Assembly (NCBI GenBank): GCA_030390025.1
Contig: CM059431.1
Coordinates: forward strand, 144,214,001-144,278,000
Direction: 5' to 3'
DNA: 64,000 nucleotides
From: Squalus acanthias
Lineage: Eukaryota
Within the stretch, counting starts at the first letter, position 1; the number at the start of each line of letters is the position of its first letter. Position numbers and translations under genes: made by a program. A model generated the notes under the pieces. It searched no databases and was not told the DNA's origin. It saw only the letters and a list, made by a program, of their open reading frames with translations. Positions 12,066 through 24,359 of this stretch are shown here, piece after piece.

Positions 12066-13104
12066 CAAATCTCTGTCCCGGGGGCTGGATTTCATTCCCT
12101 GGCTCATAAACATCCCGAGTGCACTGCGACCGGAAATTACACACATCTGAGTGAACCCGTCATGACCCCGGCAGAGCTTTCCCCAGTTTCCCCAATCAAA
12201 TAGCCAGGGGAGGCACATGGCTCATTTACCGTCCGATATTGGGATCCCGCCTCGGGTTGGGATGGAACATGAAATTTGGCGCTGAACCCGCTGAAGCAAT
12301 GGGATGGGCAATGCAGGCATTAGTTTGTGAAACTATCTGGATCGCAGCAGTGACTGAGGATGCTGGTTCCTCATACAATGAGCACTCACATTCACACACT
12401 CTTAAGCTTCTTCTTACTGTATGAAATACAACATAGGACGTTCCAGCTTCATGGTTCTGAGGGCAGGAGACCTCCAGCAAAGCCTGCTTGGCTAGTGAAA
12501 GGCAGAAGAATTTCAGTGAACTCACCGGAGCAGCCAAGGCAACATCAGTCAGTTTCCCATGTAAGAGTGCGCTTTAATAACCACAGAGTCATAGGGGGAA
12601 AAATTCAGTTGGTTGCGCCTCCCGTTAGCACCTTAAGAGGGCGCTAATGGGGCGCAAAGCCGCTAGCCCCCGGGCGCAGCGATGTTTGCGCCGCTCGGGA
12701 ACTTAACTAGACATTGTGCGGCGGCGCTAAACATTACCGCCGCAACCACCTGCGCGCGCAGATTGTGACATCATTCCATGGTGCAACGCCCTTGTGGTGC
12801 CCCGGAGCGGAAATTGAGTGGCGCCCCCTGCCTTACCGCCTGGAGCATCCAACGACCGGAAGACTGGAACGCTATCAATCGCTGTGGGGCTGTGGGGCGC
12901 GCCATTTAAAGGGGGCCTCTTCCTGTCTTTTTCTGTGGTTGACATTTTTGCACCACTCGTTCTGAGAGAGAGAGAGAGATTCGGAGAGAGAGAAAGAGAG
13001 ACTTCTGCATTGAGTCAACGCTTTGTGAGTTAGTTTTGCCTACTGATCCTAACTTCGCTGGTACTTTGGTTGCTGTCCTTCATAACTTTGCTTGCAAAGA
13101 GACT

Positions 13105-14256
13105 ATGGGGGCTGCACTGAATGGGGGCGTCGTCCTGCTCCAGCTGAATCGGAGGACACAGAGACGCAGAGAGAGAGTGGCAATGATGGCCAGACGGAGA
13201 AGGGCCAACAGGCGTCTGTACAGGAGAGCTTACCCTCCCAGGGTATATCGTGAACAGCTCTCCTACATTCATATGTCTGAGGAGCTGTGTTTGCGAAGGC
13301 TGCGATTCAGCAAGGAGGTGGTCACTGAGCTCTGCCACCTGCTGCAGCCAGATCTGCAGCCTCAACTGAGGTCCAGGACGTCTCTGTCGGTGGCAGTGAA
13401 GGTCACAGTGGCTCTCAACTTCTATGCTACTGGCTCATTTCAAGCTGCTGCTGGGGACCTCGCCAATATCTCCCAGTTCGTGGTGCATTGCTGCATCCGG
13501 CAGGTCACAAATGCCCTCTTTAAAAGGAGCCGAGAGTTCATCTCTTTCCCCATGACCCTAGACAAGCAGCGTGACCGCGCTCTGGGCTTTGCGAGGATAG
13601 CGGGCATCCCCATGGTGCAGGGCGCCATTGACTGCACGCATGTGGCTTTGCGTGCTCCACATGAGAATGCCGAGGAATTCCAGAACAGAAAGGGGTTCCA
13701 TTCCTTGAATGTTCAGTTGGTCTGTGACCACAGACAGCTGATACTCGCTGTCAATGCCCACTATCCTGGCAGCTGCCACGATGCTTTCATCCTGCGCCAG
13801 ACTACTGTGGCAGAACTTTTCGAGGCGCCGCATCAGCCAGTTGGTTGGCTTCTCGGGGACAAGGGGTATCCATTGAGCACCTGGCTGATGACACCGCTCC
13901 GTACGCCCAACACCCCTGCTGAGCTGCGGTACAACGAGAGCCATCAAGCTACCAGGAACATCATTGAGCGCACAATCGGCGTGCTGAAGCAACGGTTCCG
14001 CTGTCTCGACCATTCTGGAGGAGCCCTGCAGTACTCGCCTGAGCGAGTATCCAACTTCGTAGTTGTGTGCTACATGTTGCATAACATGGCAATCGTCAGG
14101 ACCCAGCCAATGCCACCAGGCCTTGGAGCACCACCAGAGGAGGAGGAGGAAGAGGACGAGGAGGATGATCATCAGCAGCACCAAGGCGGGAGGGCGGCCC
14201 ACAATGGTGAAACTGCAAGGGCCGTCCGTCAACGGCTGATAGCAAGCCGCTTCTAG
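13105..14256 (+). CDS. Harbinger DDE transposase (HARBI1-like), 383 aa, uninterrupted
   Basis: First ATG at 13105; ALNFYATGS, GAIDCTHV (D), NRKGFHSLNVQLVCD, LLGDKGYP (D), IERTIGVLKQRFRCL (E), MLHN. Confidence 0.95.
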   Translation: MGAALNGGVVLLQLNRRTQRRRERVAMMARRRRANRRLYRRAYPPRVYREQLSYIHMSEELCLRRLRFSKEVVTELCHLLQPDLQPQLRSRTSLSVAVKVTVALNFYATGSFQAAAGDLANISQFVVHCCIRQVTNALFKRSREFISFPMTLDKQRDRALGFARIAGIPMVQGAIDCTHVALRAPHENAEEFQNRKGFHSLNVQLVCDHRQLILAVNAHYPGSCHDAFILRQTTVAELFEAPHQPVGWLLGDKGYPLSTWLMTPLRTPNTPAELRYNESHQATRNIIERTIGVLKQRFRCLDHSGGALQYSPERVSNFVVVCYMLHNMAIVRTQPMPPGLGAPPEEEEEEDEEDDHQQHQGGRAAHNGETARAVRQRLIASRF

Positions 14257-14568
14257 GGCCCCTGCTGCGGAAATGGCTTCTGCCATTGCTAACAACATCA
14301 ATGAACCCAGCACGCAACCCCTAAGCCGGTCAAGGCACCAATGATTCCCAACACCAAACATGTATATTTTGAATACAAAAACTTATTTATTTTACAAACT
14401 CTGTGTGTGTCATTTCCTCATGACAAACTCATAGAAATAAACACAAAAAAACAGTCATTAACATAACTGGTTCTCACAACCTGGAGATAATGTCCAAAAC
14501 ACTAGACAAAAGTTGGACCACGAACCTCGGCCTTTAATAAAAAAATGACCAGCATTTTGTCACACCTC

Positions 14569-16388
14569 CTACTTTTTAACCTTCGAGGGTGATCTCCTTC
14601 CTTTGCGCACTTCCCTCCTTCTAACCCTACTGCTCCTCCGTAATGGGAACTCAGTGGCTGCAGCAAGGCTGGTGGAAGGCTGCTGATTGTCAAACCCTGA
14701 CACTGCAGATGCCCCTGAAGGACGGCCTCGACCAGTTCTGGGCCTGGAGGGCCCGGCTGCAGACTGCACCAACTCTGCATGGGCGGCAGCAGTCTGTCCT
14801 ACAGGCGGTGGCAAGTGCAGTGGAGAAGTGACAGTGTTGGCAGCAGGAATGCTGTCATCGTGAGAGAGGACAGCAACTCCCTGCTCGACCGACACACTGG
14901 CACTCCCACGGGGCAGCACTTCAGCATCCGGAGCAAACTGCTGGAGCACAGATTGCTGGCCTGCTGCGGCACGGTGAGAGCCCTGGGGACATGTGAACGA
15001 ACCATCGAGGTTGGCAGCAGGCAGTGCTCGCGTGGCCTCAATCTGAGTCTGCATGAGAGCAGTCAGAGATGGGATCACGGCAGTCAGTGACTGAATTGCA
15101 GCACTAAGCTTTAGTGTGGCATCCGCCTGTGCTACAGCGAAGTGCTCCACACTCCTTGCCAGTGACTCAATGCATTCGGGCACCCTTCCCACTGCACCCA
15201 TGAGCTCAGTGTGCATGCCCACCGCCTGGGTGTTCATTTCTGCGATCAGCCGCTCCTCCTCTGCGTCCATTGCAGTAGGAGTCGCTGGCATACTCTCCCT
15301 CTGGGGAGAAGGCCCCCGTTCTTCCCTACCCCCATGGCGTTGCTGCAGCCCGCTGGGTGCTGGAGCTTCACCCTCATCAGACCCTTCCCCCCTGCTCCCC
15401 TCCAGGGAAGGCGTGTTCCCAGTGTGGGCATGGGCTTCCTCGGGAGAGGGTGGCACTGATGCTCCGGCTTCCTCTTCCTCCTCGGCTGCAGCTTCACTCC
15501 CACTGGCAGCTTCAGGGCCCGTCTCCTCAGCTGGTGAATCACCATCTGAAAGCAGGGAGGTACAAGAGTGGCTTTAGCGTGAGGACAGGGTGGCAGTAAG
15601 GGAGGAATAAGTGCAGGGAGTTAGCAAGTTGGATTGAAAGTGTCAAAGGCTGGTGTTGTGAGGGACAAGTGGAAGGACAGAGGACAAAAAGGAGATGACC
15701 TTACCATTGCTGTCCAGAACGGGGTCGGCGTCTCCAGTGGCGACGGGACCGATCACCCGGCTTGCCACAATCCTGTGGACGCGCTCCTCAAGATCGCTGA
15801 GGGGTTGCAGCTGAGGCCGCCCTCCACCTGTCCGTTGCTGCTGTCTCCTATTATGCGCCAGCTTGGCCTGCAAGAAAAAGGACAGCATCTGAGTAAATAT
15901 ACAGCCATGGTCTTGCCTGATGTGCCTCCCATAGGTGAATAGCCCTTACTGTATACAGCCATGGTCTTGCCTGATGTGCCTCCCATAGGTGAATAGCCCT
16001 TACTGTATGCAAAGTGTAGAATGTGTGTGCGTGTTTCATGAAAGGGCCATAGGTGTTGGATGAGTGTTGTGCATTGGGGTTTTAAGACCCTCTGGCCATA
16101 GAGTGAGTTTGAGATGGAGGGATGGATAGGTATTGAGAAAAAGCCACTCACCCTGACGACCCGAGTGAGGTCGTTGAACTTTTTGCGACATTGAACATGG
16201 GTCCTGGGCACCATGCTCCTGGAGGAGACGCTCTGAGCCACCTCCCTCCACACTCTTCTGTACTCGCGTGGCAAAGGCCTCCTGCCACTCTCAGGGAAGA
16301 GTATAGATCTTCTGCGCTCCACCGCGCCAACCAGAGCATCCAAGGCCCGCTCGGTGAAGCGCTGAGCTCGTTCTCTCACCCTCTCCAT
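14569..16388 (-). CDS. Harbinger Myb/SANT-like DNA-binding protein, 3 exons (16388-16152, 15867-15705, 15545-14569), 458 aa
   Basis: RFTERALDALV...WREVAQSV...RTHVQCRKKFNDL; AKLAHNRRQQQRTGGG. GT-AG junctions with matching phases (0, 1); 237+163+977 = 1377 nt with no internal stop. Confidence 0.9.
15898..16005. repeat. Perfect 54-bp tandem duplication in intron 1 of the Myb/SANT gene
   Basis: TATACAGCCATGGTCTTGCC...CCCTTACTG occurs at 15898 and 15952. Confidence 0.95.
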
Positions 16389-16754
16389 CCTTGGCAGCAA
16401 AATGAATTCACAGGTCTCTCCAGGCCGAGATTCAAGGCTGCAATGAGCAGGGTGCGGTTGGGGAGTAAGTTGCCCCCCCCCCCCCTTTAAGAACTGGCCG
16501 GCGCCAGTGTGTCTGTGTTCCCTCGCTAACTGGCAGCACCTGCGCTGCGCTCGCGCGCTGAGTTAGCGCCTCACTGCTCGGCCTTTGCGCCTTAAGACAG
16601 GTGTGCAGCACCTGATTTAGCGCTCCACTCACCTCCCGGGGCGGTAAAAGTGAAGTTTCCAGTCAGTGGCGATAATTAGCGCCAGGCGCTAATTTTTGCA
16701 CCCAGACGATATTTGCGCCCCAAACGGGGCGCGACCTAATTTTTCCCACTATGA

Positions 16755-17575
16755 CACTAATACTGGTGGCGATCCCACTTTACCGTTACTGTTGGTAAAT
16801 ATACGCTAACATTAATGGTGTTGGCCCTATCATAAAATTACTGGTGCTGACTCTACTCTAACAGTACTGCTGGTGACCCTACTCTAACATTATTGGGTGT
16901 GACCCTACTCTAACATTACTGGTGGTGTCCCTACTCTAACATTACTGGTGGTGACTCTACTCTAACATTACTGGTGGTGACACTGCTCTAACATTATTGG
17001 TGGTGAAACTACTCTAACATTACTGGTGGTGTCCCAACTCTAACATTACTGGTGGCGACTCTACTCTAACATTACTGGTGGTGTCCCTACTCTAACATTA
17101 CTGGTGGTGACTCTACTCTAACATTACTGGTGGTGACCCTACTCTAACATTACTGGTGGTGACTCTACTCTAAGATTATCGGTGGTGAAACTACTCTAAC
17201 ATTATTGGTGGTGTTCCTACTCTAACATTACTGGTCTTGATGTTAATTTAACATCAATAGTCGTTACCCCGCACTAACATTAGTGATGGTGAATCTACTC
17301 TAAATTTACGGCTGTTGCGGATACTAAAACGTTAATGGCAGCAAACCTACTGCTATATTGCTTGTGTTTATTCTACTCGAAGACTGGTGGTGACCCTACT
17401 TTAACATTAATGGCGGTACATCTACTCTTACATTGGTGGTGTTGAAATTACTCCAATATTACTGGTGGTGCATCTACTCTAATATTACTCCTGCTATACA
17501 TACTCTGAAGTTACTGATGAGTTCTGTACTCTAACATTACTGCTGGTGAACGCACTCTAACATTAATAGTGTTAA
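16755..17575 (+). repeat. 26-bp minisatellite (GGTGGTGACYCTACTCTAACATTACT)n
   Basis: About 30 head-to-tail units with no unique spacers; degenerate units continue at 24258-24350 beyond the Penelope insertion. Confidence 0.95.
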
Positions 17576-18646
17576 TACAAAAGCAAAATACTGCGGATGC
17601 TCGAAATCTGAATTAAAAACAAAAAATGCTGGAAATAAACAGCAGGTCATGCAGCATCTGTAGAGAGAGAAACAGAGTTAACCTTTCAGGTCGATGATGT
17701 TTCGTCTGAACTGGAAAGGGTTGGAGATGTAACGGGTTTTTAAGCAAGTTTATGGGCAGTGAGAGGGGGAGGGGATGAAACAACAAAAGGGAAGGCCTGT
17801 GTAGGATGGAAGGCAGGAGACATTAAGAGACAAAAGGGATGATGGTGCAAGGCAAAAGGAGATGGTATAGGGACAAGTTAAGAAACAATGCATGACTCTA
17901 GATGAAGTGTAAATGGGATTTGGCAGCTGCCATGTGAAATAGAGAAAAAAAAAAGAGAAAAACAAGATGGGCGTAGAGGTTATGATCTGGAATTTTTGAA
18001 CTCGATGTTGAGTCCAGAATGCTGTAAAGTACCTAATCGAATGATGAGGTGCTGTTCATCGAGTTTACGTTCAGCTTCATTGGAACAGTGTCAGAGGCCG
18101 AGGATGGAGAGGTCAGAGTGGGAGTGGAGATGAGAATTAAAAAGACAGGCGACTGGAAGCTCAGGGTCACCCTTACGGACAGAACGGAGCTGATCCACAA
18201 AGTGATCACCAAATCTGCGTTTGGTCTCCCCAATGTAGAGGAGATCGCATCCTGAGCAGCGAATACAGTATACTAAATTGCAAGAAGTACAAGTAAATTA
18301 CTGTTTCACCTGGAAGGAGTGTTTGGCGCCCTGGACAGTGGGAATGGAGGAGATAAAAGGGGAGGCGTTGCATCTCCTGCGCTTGCATGGGAAGGTGCCG
18401 GGCGAAGGGGAAGGGGTGTTGTGGGTTTGAGAGGAGTGGAACAGGGTGTCGCAGAGGGAGCGGTCCCTACGGAATGCTGAAAGTGGGGTTGGGGAAGATG
18501 TGTTTGGTGGTGTGATCACGCTGGAGGTGGCAGAAATGGCGTAGGATGATCCATTGAAATTGGAGGCTGGTGGAGTGAAAGGTGAGGACTAGGGGAACCC
18601 TATAGTTGTTCCGGGAGGGAGTGGAAGGTGTGAGAGCAGATATATG

Positions 18647-21432
18647 GAAACATAGAAAAATAGGAGCAAGCGTAGGCCATTTGGCCCTTCAAGCCTGCTC
18701 CGCCATTCAATATGATCATGGCTGATCCAGTATCTCAATACAATATTCCCGCTCTCTTCCCATTCCCCTTGATGCCTTTTGTGTCTAGAAATCTATCTAT
18801 CTCCTTCTTAAATATATTCAGTGACTTGACCTCCATAGCCTTCTGTGGTAGTGAATAACACAGGTGCAGCACCCTCTGATTGAAGAAATTTCTCCTCATG
18901 TAAGTCCTAAATGTCCTACCCCGTATCCTGAGACTGCGACCCCTCGTTCTAGACCCCCCAGCCAGGGGAAACATCTTCCCTGCATCCAGTTTGTCTAGCC
19001 CAGTCAGAATTGTTTACGTATCAATGAGATACCCTCTCATTCTTCTAAACTCTAGTGAATAGAGGCCTAGTCGATCCAATCTCTCCTCATACGACAGTCC
19101 TGCCATCCCAGGAATCAGTCTGGTGAACCTTCGCTGCACTTCCTCTAATTCAAGTATATCCTTTCTTAGGTAAGGAGACCAAAACTGCACACAGTACTCC
19201 AGGTGTGGTCACCCAAGGACCTGTACCACTGTAGTAAGAAATCCTTGCTCCTGTACTCAAATCCTCTTGCAATGAAGGCCAACATACCATTTGCCTTCCT
19301 AACTGCTTGCTGCACCTGCATGTTTGCTTTCAGTTACTGGTGTACAATGACACACAGGATCCCTTTTTACATCAGCATTTCTCAATCTATCACCATTTAA
19401 ATAATACTCTAACATTCTGTTTTTCATACCGAAGTGGATAACTTCACATTTATCCTCCTTATACTGCATCTGCCATGTATTTGCCCACTCACTCAACTTG
19501 TCTAATTCGCCTTGAAGCCTCTTTGCATCCTCCTCACAACTCACAATCCTACCTATTTTCGTGACGTCTGCAAACTTGGAAATATTACATTTGCTTCCAT
19601 CATCCAAATCATTGATATATATTGTGAATAGCTGGGGCCCAAGCACTGATCCCTGCGATACCCCACTAGTCACCGCCTGCCACCCCGAAACAGACCAATT
19701 ATTTCTACTCTCTGTTTCCTGTCTGTTAACCAATTTTCAATCCATGCCTGTATATTACCCCCAATCCCATGTGCTTTAATTTTGCACACTAACCTCTTAT
19801 CAAAGGCCTTCTGAAAATCCAAATGCACCACATCCACTGGTTCACCCTTACCTATTCTACCAGTTACATCCTCAAAAACTCCAGTAGGTTTGTCAAACAC
19901 GATTTCCCTTTCATAAATCCATGTTGACTGTGTCAAAGGCAATTCATATTTTCTAAGTGTCCTGTTATCACATCCTTTATAATAGACACTAGCATTTTCC
20001 CTACTACTGATGTTAAGTTAACCGGTCTGTTGTTCCCTCTTTTCTCTCACTCTCCTTTTTTATATAGTGGGGTTACATTTGCCAGCCTCCAAACTGCAAG
20101 AACAGTTACATAATCTATAGAATTTTGGAAGATGAAAACCAATGCATCCAATATTTCCATGGCTACCTCTTTAATACTCTTGGATGCAGATTATCAGGCC
20201 CTGGGGATTTATCAGCTTTCAGTCCCATTAATTTCTCCAGCACTATTTTATTACTACTAATAATTTCCTTTAATTCCTCCTGCTCACTACTACCTTGGTT
20301 CGCTAGCATTTCTGGGATGTTATTTGTATATTATTCCATGAAGACTGAACCAATGTATTCGATTAATTGCTCAGCCATTCCCTTGTTCCCCATTATAAAT
20401 TCTCCGGTTTCTGAATGTAAGGGACCTACATTTGTCTTCACTAATGTTTTTCTTTTTACATACTTGCAGAAGCTTTTACAATCTGCTTGTTTGTCACTTG
20501 CAAGTTTACTCTCATACTCTATTTTTCCCCTCTTAATCAATCTCTTGGTCCTTTTTTGCTTGACTCTAAACTGCTCCCAATCCTGAGGCGTGCTACTTTT
20601 TATGGCAACTTTATATGATCCTCTTTGGATCTAATACTATCCTTTATTTCTTTTGTTAGCCATGATTGGGCTGCTTTTCCTTTTGTGTTTTTGCGCAAGA
20701 AAGGAATATATAACTGTTGCAATTCATGCATTCATTCCTTAAATGTTAGCCATTGCCTATCCACCATCATGCCTGTTAATGAAGCTCCCAATCTCTCAAA
20801 ACCAACTCACTCCTCATACCATCGTAGTTTCCTTTGTTTAGATTTAGGACCCTAGTTTCGGATTGGACTTCTTCACTTTCCATTTTAATGAAGAATTCTA
20901 TAATGTTATGGTCACTCTTCCCTAAAGTACCCCGCACAACAAGATTATTAATTAACCACTTCTCATTGCACAATACTCAATCTAGGATAGTCTGTTCCCT
21001 AGTTGGCTCCTCAACGTACTGGTCTGAAAAACCATCTCGTACACACTCCAGGAATTCATCCTCCACAGTATTATTGCTAGTTTGCTTTGGCCAGTCTATA
21101 TGTATATTAAACTCACCCATTATTACTGTAGTACACTTATTGCATGCATCTCTAATTTCCTGTTTGATGCCATCTCCTCCATTACCACTACGGTTTAGAG
21201 GCCTATAGACAACTCCCACCAAGGTTTTCCACCGCTTGGTGCTTCTTAGCTCCACCCAGACTGATTGTACATCTTGATTTTCTGAGCCAATATCCTTTCT
21301 CACTATTGCTCTGCTTTCATCCTTTACTAACAGTGCCATCCTTTTCCTTTTCGCCTGTCCATCCTAAATATCGAATACACTTGGATATTCAGCTGCCAGC
21401 CTTGTTCACCCTGCAGCCATGTCTCCATAATC
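18647..21432 (-). mobile_element. CR1 LINE (most of ORF2, decayed) nested in Penelope
   Basis: EN motifs (ETWL, GVVYRP), RT motifs (LDFQKAFDK, QGSVLGP), CR1 3' tail at the low-coordinate end. Confidence 0.92.
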
Positions 21433-22249
21433 GAAGTGCCGGAAATGGAAGAGACACGGTCAAGGTCCATGTCAAGCATGGTAGAGGGGAATCCTCGGTT
21501 GAGGAAAAAGGAAGACATTTTTGAAGCACTAGTATGGAAGGTGGCATCGTCAGACCAGATGCGGCAGAGATGGTGAAGCTTGGAGAATGGAATAGAGTTC
21601 TTACAGGAAGAGGGGTGGGAGCAAGTGTAGTCCAGGTAGCTGTGGGAGTCATTGGGCTTACAGTGAATATTTGTCAATAGCCTATCCCCAGAGATGCAGA
21701 CAGAGAAGTCGAGGAAGGGACGGGAAGTGTCGCAGATGGACCATGTGAAAGTGAGGGAAGGGTGGATATTAGAAGCAAATTGAATGACATTTTCCAGTTT
21801 AGGGTGAGAGCAGGTAACGGCACCAATACAGTCATCAATGTACCAAAAAAAGAGGTGAGGGAGGGTACCTAAGTAGGAATGGAACAAGAATGTTCCACAT
21901 ATCCCACGAAAACGCAGGCATAGCTCGGACCCATGTGGGTCCCCATAGCAACACCTTTAGTTTAAGGAAGTGAGTGGAGTCAAAGGAAAAGTTGTTCAAT
22001 GTGAGAACAAGTTCAGCCAGGCACAGGAGGGCAGTGGTGGATCGGGACTGGTTAGGCCTCTGTTCCAGGAAGAAGCAGAGCGCTCTCAGGCCATCCTGGT
22101 GGGGGAATGGAGGTGTAGATGGGTTGGACGTGCATCGAGAAAAGGAGACGGTTGTATCCAGGAAACTGGAAACTTTTAAAGTGGCGGATGGCATTGGAAA
22201 ACTTACGGATGTAGATGGGAAGTGACTGGACAAGGGGAGAAAACATATA

Positions 22250-23136
22250 GGGAGAGAAATTCAGTATCGCCCCATTGGGGGCTCAATTATCGGCCGGGCG
22301 CAAAGATTAGCGCCTGGCAATAATTATAGCCACCGACTGCAAACTTGACTTTTATCGCCCCTGGAGGTGATTGGATAGCTAAATCAGGCGCTTCACTCCT
22401 GTCTTAAGGCGCAAAGGCCGAGGAGCGAGGCGCTACCTCAGAGCGCTGGCGAAGCTCATGTAATGTCAGTCAGCAATGGAACACACACACAATGGCACGG
22501 GCCAGTTCTTAAAGGGGATGGTTAATCTAACTTTCCATCCACATCCTGCTAATTGCAGCCTTGAATCTCGGCCTGGAGAGACTTGCACATCAAATCTGCT
22601 GGAAAGAACAATGGAGAGTACCAGGCAAAGAGCTCAGAGTGCAACCCCCACAGTCTCTTCTAAATCGATACAAGGAATCGCAAATCAAAATGAACCTGCA
22701 AAGTGCTGCTCAGTGCCCAAAACTCCTTCACACAACGTTGAAACTCTCCAGAAGTCTCTCTCTCTCAGAATGCGTAGTTCAAAAATGGCACCAACAATAA
22801 AAGGCAGGAAGCGGTCACCTTTAAATAGCGCTCCCGCTTTCCCTTCATGACTGCAGAACGCTCCACTCAAACTGTCGTTGCTAGCGTCAGGCGGTAAGGC
22901 AGGGGGCGCCACTCAATATCCGCTCCGGGGCAATACCGGGGCGTTGCGCACTCGACTGATGTCACGATCTGCCGGCGCAGGAGATCGTGGCGGTAGTGTT
23001 TAGCGCCTCGGCAAAATGTCTAGTTAATTTCGTGAGCGGCGCAAACTTCGCCGCGCCTGGGCGCTAGACGCTTTGCGCCCCATTAGCACCCTCTTAAGGC
23101 GCTAACGGGAGGCGCAACCAACTGAATTTTTCCCCC
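22250..23136 (-). mobile_element. Non-autonomous Harbinger deletion derivative (887 bp) nested in Penelope
   Basis: Both ends are homologous (reverse orientation) to the ends of 12594-16749; 3-bp TSD ATA at 22247-22249 and 23137-23139. Confidence 0.93.
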
Positions 23137-24359
23137 ATAGAGTCAAGATAGGAAGAGATAATTTCCGTGGGGCAAGAACAGGCTGAAACGATGGGTCTAC
23201 CAGGGAAGTCCTGTTTGCGGATCTTGGGAAGCAGGTAGAATTGGGCTGTCCGGACTTGGGGAACTATGAGGTTGCCGGCCGTGGAGGGAAGATCGCCAGA
23301 GGAGATGAGGTCAGTGACAGTCTTGGAAATGATGGCATGATTTTCGGTGGTGGGGTCTTGGTCCAGGCGGAGGTAGCAGGAGGTGTCGGAGAGTTGACGT
23401 TCATCCTACGCTAGGTAGAGCTCGGTTCGCCAAACAACAACAGCACCACCCTTGTCAGCAGGTTTAATGACAATGTTGAGGTTGGATCTGAGAGAATGGA
23501 GTGCTGCAAGATCAGCGGGAGGTAGCTTAGAGTGAGTGAGAGGAGCAGAGAAATTGTGACGGCCGAGGTCGCGCCGGCAGTTTGCAATGAAAAGATCCAG
23601 AGAGGTTAAGAGGCCAGAGGGAGAGGTCCAGGTAGAACGAGAATTCTGAAAGCGGTAGAAAGGGTCAGCTGTGTGGGGGGAAGACCCCTGGGCAAAGACG
23701 CTGGCACAGAGACGAAGACGATGGAAAAAGAGCTCAGCGTCGTGCCGAGCTCGAAATTCATTGAGGTGGGTGCGTAAGGGAATGAAGCTCAGGCCTTTGC
23801 TGAGGACTGAACGTTCGGGGTCAGAGAGGGGAAGGTCAGAGGGGTTAGGGAAAATACGACAGCGGGGTGAGATTGGAAAAAGGGAAGGGGTCAGAGGAGA
23901 GTGAAGCAGCAGAAGTTTCCGGAGGGACGTTGGTGTCCAAGAGTTGTTGAAGCTGACCATCCTTGACACCTGAAAGGAAGAAAATAAGTTTTTTGTTAAA
24001 TCGACTTTGAGGCGAAGGATGAATTGGAACTGTGGACCAGGACAGCTATGAGATAGATTGCGTCGGTTCTGCTGAAGAGAGAGGTCGAGATAGTTCATGT
24101 GATGGCGCAAGACGTAGAGCATGGAACTCAGGATGTGGCGTGAGCAGCAGTTCGAGGAACGCTGAATATCTTGGAGATATCTATAATCCTGGGTGCATCC
24201 GAAACATGAAGGGTGGAATTTCTGTTGCAATCTACACGGAATAAGTCGCAGCCAGAGACATTGATAGTGTTAAACCTATTCTAACATGGTGGTGACATTA
24301 ATCTAAAATTTTGGCGGCGAACCAACTCTAAACTTTCTGATGGTAACTGTACATTAAAA

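Larger units (their letters stand above)
12594..16749 (+). mobile_element. PIF/Harbinger DNA transposon, full length, apparently autonomous
   Basis: 12-bp TIRs GGGGGAAAAATT / AATTTTTCCCAC, GC-rich subterminal regions, convergent transposase and Myb/SANT genes. Confidence 0.93.
17576..24257 (-). mobile_element. Penelope-like retroelement (RT + GIY-YIG), decayed, with two nested insertions
   Basis: SVLSKGLSFIP, IVIKPADKGGAVVVW, LVLTLNNFSF, YIDDC, PFLDF, YIGETKRR; pLTR-type end at 17576-17715; 16-bp TSD-like ACATT(A/G)ATAGTGTTAA at 17560 and 24258. Confidence 0.9.

Noticed and set aside
12226..12537. Minus-strand ORF with donor/acceptor-like pair
   Set aside because: Implied intron is only about 35 nt and the peptide is unrecognisable.
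13105..14256. Host HARBI1 gene
   Set aside because: Lies within TIRs with a Myb partner and has a MITE relative, so it is a transposon copy.
13558..14361. 267-aa antisense ORF and other shadow ORFs in the Harbinger
   Set aside because: Expected by-product of GC-rich coding sequence on the opposite strand.
16755..17575. 26-bp array as a CRISPR locus
   Set aside because: Units are contiguous without unique spacers, no cas genes, eukaryotic context. Same for 60450-60820 and 63010-64000.
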